The notes: generated from the sequence alone by a model not told the origin. 64,000 nt of DNA from Thermoproteota archaeon (GCA_027492205.1 JAOZFN010000011.1:1-64000); one strand, 5' to 3'. Shown: positions 36,462-46,149, numbered from the stretch's first letter. Numbers and translations are program-made.

Positions 36462-37417
36462 TCCCGACCCGCAGGCTCTGCCTGGTCCTGGGGGACGAAC
36501 TGAAGCTGTACTCCTTCCCGGAGCCGCACCCGTTCAGGTCGGACAGGTACGAGGCCTTCCTCAGTCGCCTCAGGGGGGAGGGCCTGGACACCCACCCGGG
36601 GGTGACGGTCTGCGGGCCGAGGATGGCGTCGAGGGACGAGGTGGAACTCTTCCACGATCCCGACTACGTGGAGTTCGTGGCCCGGATGTCCGAGGGAGGG
36701 GTCGGCTACCTGGACTACGGCGATACGCCAGCGTTTCCGGGCGTGTACGAGGCCTCGCTGTGGGTCGTTGGAGCCACGCTCAGGGCCCTTGAGGCCGTGC
36801 TGAGTGGGGAGAGCCTGAGGGGCTTCAACCCCATTGGCGGGCTCCACCACGCCCGCAGGGATCGAGCGGCCGGCTTCTGCGTATTCAACGACGTGGGTGT
36901 CGCCTTGGAGTTTGCCCTCCGGGCTGGCGTGGAGAGGATCCTCTACGTCGACATGGACGCCCACCACGGAGACGGGGTGTTCTACGGGTTCTACGCCGAC
37001 CCGAAGGTCTGGATCTTCGACGTTCACGAGGACGGGAGGTACCTATACCCTGGCACAGGGTTCAGGCACGAGGTCGGGGAGGGCGAGGCCAGGGGGACGA
37101 AGCTAAACGTCCCGCTTCCGCCCGGAGCCGGGGACGACGAACTCGCGGAGGCAGCTGGGAAGTTGGCCGAGTTCGCCGACAGGGCGGATCCCGAGTTCGT
37201 GGTTCTTCAGGCGGGCGCGGACGGGCTGGCGGTGGATCCGCTGACGCATCTGTCCTACACAACGTCGGGTTACCTAAAGTTCGTCGATGAGGTCGTTAAG
37301 GTCGCCGAAAAGCACGCGAGAGGTCGAATCCTCGCGGTTGGGGGTGGGGGATATAGAAGAGAGGCCCTAGCGTCAGCCTGGGTGGGGCTCCTAAGGAGGC
37401 TCTTGGGGCGAACCTGA
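36458..37417 (+). CDS. Acetoin utilization AcuC / histone deacetylase family protein
   Basis: GDTP, GGLHHA, GFCVFND, DMDAHHGDG, YPGTG, GADG...DPL, GGGGY. Confidence 0.95.
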   Translation: MIPTRRLCLVLGDELKLYSFPEPHPFRSDRYEAFLSRLRGEGLDTHPGVTVCGPRMASRDEVELFHDPDYVEFVARMSEGGVGYLDYGDTPAFPGVYEASLWVVGATLRALEAVLSGESLRGFNPIGGLHHARRDRAAGFCVFNDVGVALEFALRAGVERILYVDMDAHHGDGVFYGFYADPKVWIFDVHEDGRYLYPGTGFRHEVGEGEARGTKLNVPLPPGAGDDELAEAAGKLAEFADRADPEFVVLQAGADGLAVDPLTHLSYTTSGYLKFVDEVVKVAEKHARGRILAVGGGGYRREALASAWVGLLRRLLGRT

Positions 37418-37508
37418 TCGGAGATCTATCCCGGGAGGAGGGGTCACTCAAGGCGCGGGTTTGATAGAGCCTCCAACCAACCCGGGCGCGGCACAAGGAT
37501 TTTTTTAG

Positions 37509-37534
37509 TTTCCGCCGGGGGCCCCCGGCGGAAA
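37509..37534. promoter_or_regulatory. Perfect 26-bp palindrome between a T-rich box and the ATG
   Basis: TTTCCGCCGGGGGCCCCCGGCGGAAA immediately before ATG 37535. Confidence 0.55.
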
Positions 37535-37930
37535 ATGCGTCCGCTCATGGCGCTCGCCGGGCTCATCCTATTGGTGTCCTCCCTCTTCCTGCTCTCTTTA
37601 AGCAAACAAACAACCCTCCCGGCCCTTCAAACGAGTCGGAACGAGTTGGTCGAGAAGTTCCTCGCGTCGAGCTCCAAGGTTCCGCTCGCCCTGGGCGCCC
37701 TGGGTGCGGCCGCATTCTTCGCGGGGGCCGCCCTCCCCTCGCCCGAGGAGCCAGGCGCCCGTAGGGGACTCGACCCCGAGTTCATATCTTTCATGGAGGA
37801 GATGAGGGCCCTGAGGTCACGGCTGGAGGGGGGCCTCATATCCCAGGAGGAGTTCAACAGGCTCAGGGCCGAGGTTTATCAGAGGCACAGGGCGCTGTTT
37901 CAGAGGTACTTGGGCAAGAGGTCGAGGTAG
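37535..37930 (+). CDS. 2-TM membrane protein with SHOCT-like C-terminus
   Basis: Two hydrophobic segments; L..GLISQEEF..L. Confidence 0.7.
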   Translation: MRPLMALAGLILLVSSLFLLSLSKQTTLPALQTSRNELVEKFLASSSKVPLALGALGAAAFFAGAALPSPEEPGARRGLDPEFISFMEEMRALRSRLEGGLISQEEFNRLRAEVYQRHRALFQRYLGKRSR

Positions 37931-37991
37931 GCCCAGGGAAGTGGGGGACTTGGAATACCTTTTTGGCGTGGCGGGCGGTGGATGACCACGA

Positions 37992-38678
37992 ATGTCGTCT
38001 GACTCCACAGGGCCTGACCTAAGCCTGACGCTCGCGGTGCTCGACAAGAGGATCGACGACCTCGAATCGAGGCTGGCCTCCTTGGAAAATACGATATCCA
38101 GGCTGAGGGACGAAGAGGCCTCGATATCAGATAGGGTGGACCGCCTCGTCAGGAGGGTTCTCGAGGGCACGGTGATCCTGGCCGCCATGGTGATCGCGTC
38201 GATGATGCTGCTCCCGTCCGGGAGGGTGGCCCCGTGGGTGCAGCGTGCCCTGACCATGGCCGCCCTGGGAGGGGCGGTTGTCCTGTGGGCCATCCTGAGG
38301 TTGGGCTCCTCCAGGCTCGAGCGGCGGAGAGTGGAACTCGATAAGGAGATATCCAAGAGGGCCCTCCAGCTGGAGGACTTGGAGGCGGAGGCCCGGGCGC
38401 TCGGCAGGGTCAGGACGGCCCTGGCGATAGCCCACGGGGGAGATGTGGTCAGGGCCTACGAGGAGCTCTCCAACGTCGTCCTGAGGATGCCCTCGAGCAG
38501 CGAGGCCCTGGAGGCTATTCTGATCGGCCTCAAGGCCCTCGCAGAGGGGGCCCCGAGGGATTACGCCGTGAGGCTATCCGCCGGCCTCGAGAGGAGGGCC
38601 TGGGAGCAGCCCCAAGACTCCTGGGAGAGGGCCGCCCTGCTGGCCATCGCCGACGCGCTGACCGCCAAGGCGAGGTGA
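37992..38678 (+). CDS. Hypothetical coiled-coil, 2-TM protein
   Basis: Coiled coil, TM hairpin, helical C-terminus; typical codon usage. Confidence 0.65.
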   Translation: MSSDSTGPDLSLTLAVLDKRIDDLESRLASLENTISRLRDEEASISDRVDRLVRRVLEGTVILAAMVIASMMLLPSGRVAPWVQRALTMAALGGAVVLWAILRLGSSRLERRRVELDKEISKRALQLEDLEAEARALGRVRTALAIAHGGDVVRAYEELSNVVLRMPSSSEALEAILIGLKALAEGAPRDYAVRLSAGLERRAWEQPQDSWERAALLAIADALTAKAR

Positions 38679-38695
38679 CGCCCCGCGGGGCTCTA

Positions 38696-39358
38696 TCACC
38701 CGCTCAACTCGCCCGATAAGACTCTCTTCAGGAGGGCTAGGGCCCCCGCGACGGCCCCCAACTCCGCGAGCACGTGATCTCCAGACGTGCCTATGATGAT
38801 GGCGTCTCCTGGCTTCGCCTCCAATTCCCTGGCTATCTCCCTGGCCCTCCTCTGGAGCTCCCCGGGGCACCTGACGCCGCCAGGAAAGTAGACGGCATCC
38901 CCCTTCGGGATTAGAACTGTAGCCCCGTCCGCACCCGCCCTGAAGGCGGCGTCTCGAATTCCCAGCCCAGTGGTCACACCTCGGGCGCCCCCCTTGACCA
39001 GCACCGCGGCGTCCCTCGAACTTACCGTGAGGCCACCCGCCCTCACCCTCAGGGGCCCCCTCAGGTGCCTCCTGAGGGACTTGAGCAGCACCTCCCCCCC
39101 GGTTGTCAGGCCCCAGCCGGCCCTCGAACTCTCGGCAAATCCACCGGCCTCGAGCCTCTTGAGCAAACTCCTGACGCTGCCCTCCCCCAGCCCTAGTTCG
39201 GAGGCCAGGGCTCTCCTCCCGATTCTCCTCTTCTCCCCCAGCTTGATCAGCGCGAGCAGGACGTGTTCTAGTCTAAACCTGGCCTCTGGACCGGGTTTCG
39301 GCTCAATCAATGCTTCCAGAGTGGAGAAGGGCTCTGTCAGGGCTGAGGTCCCACCCAT
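38696..39358 (-). CDS. wHTH + DUF4443 (PH0730-like) transcription regulator
   Basis: IGRRALASELGLGEGSVRSLL HTH; GLGIRDAA.RAGA.GATVL. Confidence 0.85.
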   Translation of the reverse strand: MGGTSALTEPFSTLEALIEPKPGPEARFRLEHVLLALIKLGEKRRIGRRALASELGLGEGSVRSLLKRLEAGGFAESSRAGWGLTTGGEVLLKSLRRHLRGPLRVRAGGLTVSSRDAAVLVKGGARGVTTGLGIRDAAFRAGADGATVLIPKGDAVYFPGGVRCPGELQRRAREIARELEAKPGDAIIIGTSGDHVLAELGAVAGALALLKRVLSGELSG

Positions 39359-39398
39359 TGTCTCGCGGTTGGCTCTCTGAAGAAACTTAATATGAATA

Positions 39399-39417
39399 TG
39401 GATGGATTATCCATCCA
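39399..39417. promoter_or_regulatory. Palindromic operator TGGATGGAT-T-ATCCATCCA
   Basis: 9-1-9 perfect inverted repeat just downstream of the BRE/TATA-like GAAACTTAATAT, between divergent genes. Confidence 0.75.
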
Positions 39418-39426
39418 GGATAACCC

Positions 39427-39894
39427 ATGGAGAGGTGGATCGCCGTCTCAGTCCTCCTCATGATCTGGGCGGTTTCGGCCTCCATGCTGGCGATCTACTA
39501 CCGATCAGAGATAACCACCCTGAACCAACGGCTGAGCGCCACGGTCGGAGGGGAAAGCGAGTACGTGACCGTCAACCTCGGGATAGGGGTCCAGGGAGGC
39601 GACGTCACGTGGTACAACGGGACCCGTGTGAAGAGGGGGTCGACGCTCCTCGACGTTACCTCGCAGGTGGCCGACGTGAACTACACCGTCTACCCTGGGA
39701 TGGGGGCGTTCGTTCAGTCGATAAACGGGGTCGCCAACAGCGACCCGTACTACTGGATGTGGTGGACCTGGACCGACTGGGGGGGCTGGCAGGAGGGCCC
39801 GGTCGCCGCAGACAGGTACGTCGTGGCGGACGGCGAGACGCTCTTCTGGTACTTCGAGGACGCCTCACAGAGCCCGCTTCCGACCCCACCCTGA
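39427..39894 (+). CDS. DUF4430 (transcobalamin-C-like) membrane-anchored binding protein
   Basis: TLLD, GAFVQSINGV.N, YW.WW, GPVAAD.Y.V.DGE...W. Confidence 0.88.
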   Translation: MERWIAVSVLLMIWAVSASMLAIYYRSEITTLNQRLSATVGGESEYVTVNLGIGVQGGDVTWYNGTRVKRGSTLLDVTSQVADVNYTVYPGMGAFVQSINGVANSDPYYWMWWTWTDWGGWQEGPVAADRYVVADGETLFWYFEDASQSPLPTPP

Positions 39895-39909
39895 GGCGGT
39901 GAGGGCCGG

Positions 39910-40461
39910 GTGAGGGTCGGGACGCCGAGCCGGAGGGCGGCCGTGATAGGGCTGCTCTCCGCCCTCGCCATCGCCACCAACTACGCCATGATCGGCATCC
40001 CGAACGTAAAGCTCATGGACTCGATCGTCTTCCTTGCGGGCATGGGCCTCGGGTTCGCGGACGGGGCGGCGGTGGCGACCCTCACCTGGCTCGTCTACGG
40101 CTTTCTCAACCCGTACGGGTTCGTCCCGACGATCTGGCTCGCGACGACGCTGGGCGAGTGGCTGTTCGCGCTCGCGGGCAGCCTATCGAGGGCCCTGCCC
40201 GGCGGGAGGAGGGTCCCGGCCCTGGCAGTCCTCGGGTTCGCCACCACCCTCGCCTACGACCTGATCACCAACGCCGCCTTCGCCACAACATTCGGCCTCC
40301 CGGTCTGGACGGCCCTCGTAGCCGGGGTCCCCTTCGCACTCCTGCACGAGCTGACCAACGCCGCGGCCTTTTCCATCTTGGTTCCCAGGGCGGAGGCAGC
40401 GGTCGGGGCGCTACTCAAACTCATGGTCGAGGGTAGGCCCGTCAAGGCTGGCCGATTATGA
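39910..40461 (+). CDS. ECF transporter S component (CbrT-like)
   Basis: IPNVK, 5-6 TM segments, YDLITN, GVPF..LH..TN. Confidence 0.82.
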   Translation: MRVGTPSRRAAVIGLLSALAIATNYAMIGIPNVKLMDSIVFLAGMGLGFADGAAVATLTWLVYGFLNPYGFVPTIWLATTLGEWLFALAGSLSRALPGGRRVPALAVLGFATTLAYDLITNAAFATTFGLPVWTALVAGVPFALLHELTNAAAFSILVPRAEAAVGALLKLMVEGRPVKAGRL

Positions 40462-40777
40462 ACCTCGGGGGCTCGATCCACTCGTTCCCGCACTTCGGAC
40501 ATCTGCTTGGTTTTCTGGGCTTCTTAAGGCTCTTGAAGACGTAGCCGCACTTCCTGCAGTATGGGGGCTCCATGAGGAGCATCAGGGAGCCGCCGTACGT
40601 CCTGTTCAGCGTCTTCGCCACGTGTTCCAAGTGGGCGTAGACAGACCTAACCTCTCCGGGCGGCAGGCCGAGCTCCCGGGCGATCTCCGCAGCAGACATG
40701 GGGTACTCCGCGGAGGAGAGGAGCCTCACGATCCGCTGCCGTATCGTCCCCTCCTCGGGGTCCGTCACTCCGTTCAC
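40442..40777 (-). CDS. HTH + Zn-ribbon transcription regulator (COG3357-like)
   Basis: TIRQRI..LL, LEHVAK, PPYCRKCGYVF...PSRCPKC..EWIEPPRF. Confidence 0.9.
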   Translation of the reverse strand: MNGVTDPEEGTIRQRIVRLLSSAEYPMSAAEIARELGLPPGEVRSVYAHLEHVAKTLNRTYGGSLMLLMEPPYCRKCGYVFKSLKKPRKPSRCPKCGNEWIEPPRFIIGQP

Positions 40778-41793
40778 CCCCAGGAGAAGCTCACGAGGGA
40801 CATGACTGAGAGAGGCCCTCCGGGCTGGTAGTCGATCACCTCGACGATTCCCGTTATGGGGACGTCGGGGCTCACCCACACGGCTCCGGTCTGTCGGGCG
40901 AACTTCGCGCAGAGGAACCTCCCGGCCGGCACCTCCCTGTACTCGGCGGTGGCCCTCCCCAAGACCCTCGGGATCTCCTGCTCAGAGAGGTTGGGGGGCT
41001 CCCAGAGCCGGCAGGACAGGTTTGAGGAGAAGCTCTCCACCCCCGCGCCGCTGATGGAGGCGTAGGTACACACCGTCCCATTGGAGAGGTAGTAGGCGAC
41101 GCTGGTGGCGTTGGACTGGGGAGCGTACACGTTCACGGCGCTCTGGACTATGACGGTCGCCGGGACGTCTCTCAGGCTGCCGGAGGAGACCCTGTAGAGC
41201 ATGTAGCCGGTGACGTTGTCCCCGTAAGGTGAGATTATCGTGGTCGAGTAGTTCGCGTACTGCCCAGGGGATAGGCCCCTGGCCTCCAGGCTCGTCATGA
41301 CCGCGGTAATGGGTGAACCCGGAAAGCCGGAGACCGCGTACAGCTTGGCGGCGAGGAGGGTCTCGTTCCTGGTCTGACCGGCTATCACCACCGCGGTCCG
41401 GTTGCCCCAGTATCCCAGGTAGACTAGGATGGCCCCGGGCACCTGCCTGAGCCAGTCCTCGTCGCTGTCGTTGAGTACCATGGCAGAGATCTCCCCAATA
41501 CCCTCGTAGGCGTCGGGCCCACCCAGGATCACGGGGAACCGGTCCCCCACCTCACCCGCACTATCGGGGGAGAGCAACTCGACGTCAACGCCGACCCTCT
41601 GGAGGCTCTCCACTATCACCTGGGCCGCCTGGGCGTCGTAGGAGTTGGCGATCACGGCAACTCCCCCGATCGAACCCTCGGCGGCCAGGACCGAGGATAC
41701 GCCGGGGATCGGCGCAGCGAGCACGAGAGTCAGAATCAGCGCGCAGAGAGAGGACGTCTTGAGCCTCTTCACCACCGGCGACCCCGACCCCAA
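40774..41793 (-). CDS. Secreted protein with cell-wall-binding-2/S-layer-like N-terminal domain
   Basis: Signal peptide; ANSYD..AA, ILGGPDAY, IAG.TR.ET; C-terminal VPAG.F.C. Confidence 0.72.
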   Translation of the reverse strand: MGSGSPVVKRLKTSSLCALILTLVLAAPIPGVSSVLAAEGSIGGVAVIANSYDAQAAQVIVESLQRVGVDVELLSPDSAGEVGDRFPVILGGPDAYEGIGEISAMVLNDSDEDWLRQVPGAILVYLGYWGNRTAVVIAGQTRNETLLAAKLYAVSGFPGSPITAVMTSLEARGLSPGQYANYSTTIISPYGDNVTGYMLYRVSSGSLRDVPATVIVQSAVNVYAPQSNATSVAYYLSNGTVCTYASISGAGVESFSSNLSCRLWEPPNLSEQEIPRVLGRATAEYREVPAGRFLCAKFARQTGAVWVSPDVPITGIVEVIDYQPGGPLSVMSLVSFSWG

Positions 41794-41835
41794 GGAGATT
41801 TAAGGTTCCCTCGTCCCCAGCCCGCGGGCGGCCGA

Positions 41836-42618
41836 TCAGCCAGAGACGAGTCGGACGTCTCCAGCGTCCTGCGGGTACCACCTGAGGCGTGCCCCGTACA
41901 GGGGATCGGGCCCGAGGGCCTCCATGACCCCGGTCACCGCCTCTTTGACGGTGTTCCCATCGGCGAGGAGCCTGACCAGCATGACCACGGCCCTGTCCGT
42001 GTGAGTTGCAGTGACGTCCTCATCCCACCCTATGACCACGGACGCGCCCCTCCTCACCAAGGCCTCCGCGGTCACGTTGGTCACGAGCCCCTTGCATCCG
42101 GCGATGATTATCACGGCCCCGTGAAAGTTCCCCTCCATCTCCGATGAGATGAACTCAGGCGGTATCGCGAAGTACCTGTCCTCTGACTTGAGGAGCACCA
42201 GGGCGCCGACCTTCTTGGAGAGCTGCAGGTCCACGTACCTTTGGGGGGCGAAGGGCTCGCCGGTCCCCAGCGCCACGTGAACGGGCCTACCGTCTTTGTA
42301 GAAGGCCGCCGTGTGGACTCGGAGTATTAGCAGCCGGTAACTAAGCATGGGGAGCGTGCGATACAGCTCTACGGAGACATTCCAGTGCGTGAAGACGTCC
42401 AGGGTCATGTTTACCCTGCTCAGCGCCTCTCTCAGGTCCTCAGCCAGGCGAGGGTTTGGAAACTCTATGGCCAGCGAATCAAGGAGCGCGGCATCTCCCG
42501 CGACCCGGGTGGGGGGCTGCCTGGGCGACCTCAGCAATATTGCCGGAGTCGCAAGGGCCACCACGACCACGGCCAACATGAGCGGCAGTCGTCTGAGGCT
42601 CATCGGGGGGCGGCCCAA
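41836..42618 (-). CDS. Membrane-anchored caspase/gingipain-fold (clan CD-like) protein
   Basis: N-terminal anchor; ILRVH and IIIAGC as a possible His/Cys dyad; VIGW. Confidence 0.55.
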   Translation of the reverse strand: MGRPPMSLRRLPLMLAVVVVALATPAILLRSPRQPPTRVAGDAALLDSLAIEFPNPRLAEDLREALSRVNMTLDVFTHWNVSVELYRTLPMLSYRLLILRVHTAAFYKDGRPVHVALGTGEPFAPQRYVDLQLSKKVGALVLLKSEDRYFAIPPEFISSEMEGNFHGAVIIIAGCKGLVTNVTAEALVRRGASVVIGWDEDVTATHTDRAVVMLVRLLADGNTVKEAVTGVMEALGPDPLYGARLRWYPQDAGDVRLVSG

Positions 42619-42654
42619 CCAGCGGCATTCAAAAAAGGTGGGGGAGGGGCCCGG

Positions 42655-45600
42655 TCAGCGCCTCCTCCTGTGGTAGACCACCAGGGCCGCCGAGGCCGCC
42701 GAGACGAATGCGGCTACCGCGGCCGCGGCGGCGAGGCTGGAGGGCTGATAGATCCCGCCCACTGCGGAGACGTCCAGGGTCCCAATGGACCCGGAGCCGA
42801 ATATGACCAGGCTGAACGAGGGGTCCTCGCTCGGGGTGTTGATGGCGTATATCCTTATCTGGTACCGACCAACCTCGGGGGAGTCTATTATCACCCTCTC
42901 GACGTTGTTCACCCTGTCGACCTCGTCGTCGTAGGGTGGAACGAGGTCGTTTCCGTGGTATATCGTGCCGTCAGGGGCGACGACGTAGAGGTCGAAGTCG
43001 TTGACCAGCGCGGGGACGCCGGGGACCCACTGGGGCGCGTCGCTCCAGGCCAGGGTCACCTCCAGCGGGGTGCTGGGATCAGTCACCTCGAACGATAGGT
43101 AGGCCACGTACCCGGTAGAGATACTGACGCACTCGTCGCAGAGGTAAAGGAGCCCGGGGTGGGTCAGGATGTCGTAGAAGTCAAGCTGGCCGAACCCCAT
43201 GTCGTAGAGGTCGGGGTTGCCGTTTCCGTCAGAGTCGGCGGTCGGGTCGAGGCCCATCCAGTCGGCGAAGTTCACTATGAGGGCCTTGACCGCAGACGGG
43301 GAGATCGTGCCGGCGAAGCTGAACAGGTCCTGCCAGAGGGCAGCGGCCCCCGCCACCTGCGGGGTGGCCATGCTGGTGCCGGCGGCCCACGCGTGCAGAG
43401 CCTGCACGGGGTCGGGGGTCAGCCGGCCGTACATGAACATGCCGGTGATCGGCCCGACCACATAGTAGCCTGGGGCCACGACATCCGGCTTTATCCTGCC
43501 GTCCGCGGTCGGACCCCTGCTGCTGAAGTCGGCGAACTGGTAGGGGGCGAAGAACGGCGGGTTGGTCGTGGCGCCGACTTGGATCACGTTCTTTGCTATC
43601 CCGGGACCGTCGAGGCTAACGGTGGGATCCGGCCCGGCGTTGCCGGCGGCGAAGACGCAGGTTATCGGCGGCTCCGGGGTGCCGTCCCCGTCCCAGTCCT
43701 CGCCTCCCTTGACGAAGAGGTCCCAGTACGCCTCATAGAGGCTGTACTCTCCCTCGGACGGATAGCCCCAGGAGTTGGAGGTGATTATGGAGCCAGTCGC
43801 CCTGTGGGCGATGGCGTAGGCCGCCCACTCGTCTATGTAGTTGTAGTTCACGTCCCAGGCGTACGGGTAGCCCGTGTCCCCGAAGAACCTGACCATCGCC
43901 AGGTCGGCCCCGGGCGCCACTCCGGGTATGGGGGGCCAGTAGTACATGGCGCCGGCCCCGCCGTACTTGCCCCACATGCTGGTCCCGAGCCCCAGGGCCG
44001 ACTCGGAGACGTGGGTGCCGTGGAACCAGAAGTCCTCGGCTGAGCCGTCTCCGGTGTACTCCCACCACTCGGTGGCGTCTATCAGCGCCCTTACCTTCCC
44101 CACGAAGTCGGGCCAGATCTCAGTGTCCTCGTCCACCAGCCCGTCCCCGTCGTTGTCTATCCCCGCCGGGTCCTCGTCCACCAGCCCGTCCCCGTCGTTG
44201 TCTATGCCGTCGACCGGATCCTCGTCAAACGAACCGTCGTTGTCATCGTCACCCGTGAAGAACGGGAGCCCCGTTCCGAAGTAGTCGTGCCACGGGATCG
44301 GATCCTCGTCCACCAGCCCGTCCCCGTCGTCGTCCTCCCCGGGGGCCGGGTCCTCGTCGAAGTACCCATCACCGTCGTTGTCGCACCCCGGGACGTCCTC
44401 GTCCACCAGCCCGTCCCCGTCGTCGTCTATCCCGTTGGGGAGCTCCTCGTCGTATAGCCCGTCCCCGTCGTCGTCGTCCATGTACCAGAACCCGTCTCCG
44501 TCCAGGTCAAGGAGGCCGCACGCCGCGTCGTCGGACATGCCGTCCTCGTCCACCAGCGTGTCCCCGTCGTTGTCCCCGTAGTTCGGCGGATCCTCGTTGA
44601 GCCTCCCGTCCATGTCGTCGTCATACGGGTCCTCGTTGATCAGCCCGTCCCCGTCGTTGTCTATGCCGGCTGGGTCCTCGTTGATCAGCCCGTCCCCGTC
44701 GTTGTCGGCGCACGGAGGGGCGGTCTCCACGGGGTCCTCGTCAATGAGCCCATCCCAGTCGTTGTCTATGCCGGCTGGGTCCTCGTCCACGTAGCCGTCC
44801 CCGTCGTTGTCGGCGCCGTCGATCGGGTCCTCGTCGACCAGCCCGTCCCCGTCCTCGTCCAGCCCGGCGACGGGGTCCTCGTCCACGTAGCCGTCCCAGT
44901 CGTCGTCAAGCCCGTTCACCGGGTCCTCGTCAACCAGCCCGTCCCCGTCGTCGTCGGGATCGTCCTCGTTTATGAGGTAGTCCCCGTCGTTGTTGATCCA
45001 GCAGCCCGGCTCCACCGGGTCCTCGTCAACCAGCCCGTCCCCGTCGTCGTCCACACCGGCTGTGTCACCGGTGTCGAGGCCCGTGTCCCCCACCGCTACG
45101 GTTACGCCTGCCCCGGTGATCCCCCACAGTAGATTGATCCAGTAGGAGCCCGTGACCTGCCCGGCCCAGTAGTTCTCGGGCTGAGCGTTGGCCGGCGGGG
45201 CCGCCTCGCCCTGTATCTGGACCGGGGCGACCGGAGCCTTCGGCTCCACGAGGTCCATCGACAGGACGTAGGCGCTGGAGGCGAGGTCGCCCGCCCTGTC
45301 CGCAGGGAGGACCACGAATGCGCCGTTCATTGGCAGCTCCCTGACCACCCTGCCGCCGAGGGACTCCACGGCCCTCCTGAGATCCTCCGGGGAGTCTGCG
45401 GCGAACCCCTTGACCAGCATCATCACCGGCCCCGTGGAGGCGGATAACCGCTGGGCGGTCCTCTGGGTCATCTTGTACTCGGGCCTGAACGGGCCGATCC
45501 GCCTCACGTGCTCCACGCTCAGGAGTTCGCTGACGAGGTCGCTGGGGACGGTTATGAGGAGGGCGTTGTCGGGTATGTAGGTCTCTACCACCGCGCCCAT

Positions 45601-45918
45601 TGACTCCAGCTGCTGAGTCCACTCCGGCATGATGGGCCCGTCGAACTGCACTATCACCCTGGCCCTGTCCCCTGGGTACAGCGCCCTTATCCCTTCGATG
45701 TCAGGCTCTCCCGGGGAGAGGGTGCCGCTCGGCAGCTTGAGGACTGCCTCGGGCTGGGGTCCCGCCCAACCGCCAAACTGGATTTCAAAGTCCTTTGGAT
45801 GAATTAGCTGGACCTGTGGACTTCCTGTGAACTTTGGGGCCGCTGCAACAGGTATTCTGAGGACTGTTAGGAAGACGACGAGTATCCCGAACAGCAGGGT
45901 TCTGTGGATCCTCTTCAA
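42655..45918 (-). CDS. S8 subtilisin-like serine protease with large Asp-rich insert and C-terminal TM anchor
   Basis: Signal peptide, prodomain, VAVGDTG (Asp), HGTHV (His), AAGN, FSSRGP..DGRIKPDVVAPG, GTSMATP (Ser), hydrophobic tail + RRRR. Confidence 0.95.
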   Translation of the reverse strand: MKRIHRTLLFGILVVFLTVLRIPVAAAPKFTGSPQVQLIHPKDFEIQFGGWAGPQPEAVLKLPSGTLSPGEPDIEGIRALYPGDRARVIVQFDGPIMPEWTQQLESMGAVVETYIPDNALLITVPSDLVSELLSVEHVRRIGPFRPEYKMTQRTAQRLSASTGPVMMLVKGFAADSPEDLRRAVESLGGRVVRELPMNGAFVVLPADRAGDLASSAYVLSMDLVEPKAPVAPVQIQGEAAPPANAQPENYWAGQVTGSYWINLLWGITGAGVTVAVGDTGLDTGDTAGVDDDGDGLVDEDPVEPGCWINNDGDYLINEDDPDDDGDGLVDEDPVNGLDDDWDGYVDEDPVAGLDEDGDGLVDEDPIDGADNDGDGYVDEDPAGIDNDWDGLIDEDPVETAPPCADNDGDGLINEDPAGIDNDGDGLINEDPYDDDMDGRLNEDPPNYGDNDGDTLVDEDGMSDDAACGLLDLDGDGFWYMDDDDGDGLYDEELPNGIDDDGDGLVDEDVPGCDNDGDGYFDEDPAPGEDDDGDGLVDEDPIPWHDYFGTGLPFFTGDDDNDGSFDEDPVDGIDNDGDGLVDEDPAGIDNDGDGLVDEDTEIWPDFVGKVRALIDATEWWEYTGDGSAEDFWFHGTHVSESALGLGTSMWGKYGGAGAMYYWPPIPGVAPGADLAMVRFFGDTGYPYAWDVNYNYIDEWAAYAIAHRATGSIITSNSWGYPSEGEYSLYEAYWDLFVKGGEDWDGDGTPEPPITCVFAAGNAGPDPTVSLDGPGIAKNVIQVGATTNPPFFAPYQFADFSSRGPTADGRIKPDVVAPGYYVVGPITGMFMYGRLTPDPVQALHAWAAGTSMATPQVAGAAALWQDLFSFAGTISPSAVKALIVNFADWMGLDPTADSDGNGNPDLYDMGFGQLDFYDILTHPGLLYLCDECVSISTGYVAYLSFEVTDPSTPLEVTLAWSDAPQWVPGVPALVNDFDLYVVAPDGTIYHGNDLVPPYDDEVDRVNNVERVIIDSPEVGRYQIRIYAINTPSEDPSFSLVIFGSGSIGTLDVSAVGGIYQPSSLAAAAAVAAFVSAASAALVVYHRRRR
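44123..45051 (-). repeat. ~18 intragenic D-x-D-G-D-G-x-x-D/N-E-D-P repeats
   Basis: Counted in the translation; DNA unit approximately gggtcctcgtccaccagcccgtccccgtcgttgtc. Confidence 0.95.
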
Positions 45919-45976
45919 AACTTTTCACCCGCTGGGCCGAGCCAGCCGGCGTACAATAAAAGTAATTCCGAGCGCA

Positions 45977-46020
45977 GTGTGGATACGTGACCCCCGCCGT
46001 GTGGATACGTGACCCCCGCC
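45977..46020 (+). repeat. 22-bp tandem duplication upstream of the subtilase promoter
   Basis: GTGTGGATACGTGACCCCCGCC x2. Confidence 0.9.
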
Positions 46021-46149
46021 CCGTCCACCCCCGCCCCACCCACCCTAAGTACCCCCAGGTGGGGGCCCGGCGCGGAGGCGGCGAAGGGCCGCAGTGGTTC
46101 ACATGGCCACCGCCGCAGCCCTCGGTTGCCGATTCGCCGGTCGGAGGAA

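Noticed and set aside
44123-45051. Regularly spaced ~35-bp repeats resembling a CRISPR array
   Set aside because: In-frame coding repeats with synonymous variation and irregular short spacers; no cas genes or leader.
45977-46020. 22-bp repeat as a mini-CRISPR or att site
   Set aside because: Only two abutting copies with no spacer; a simple tandem duplication.
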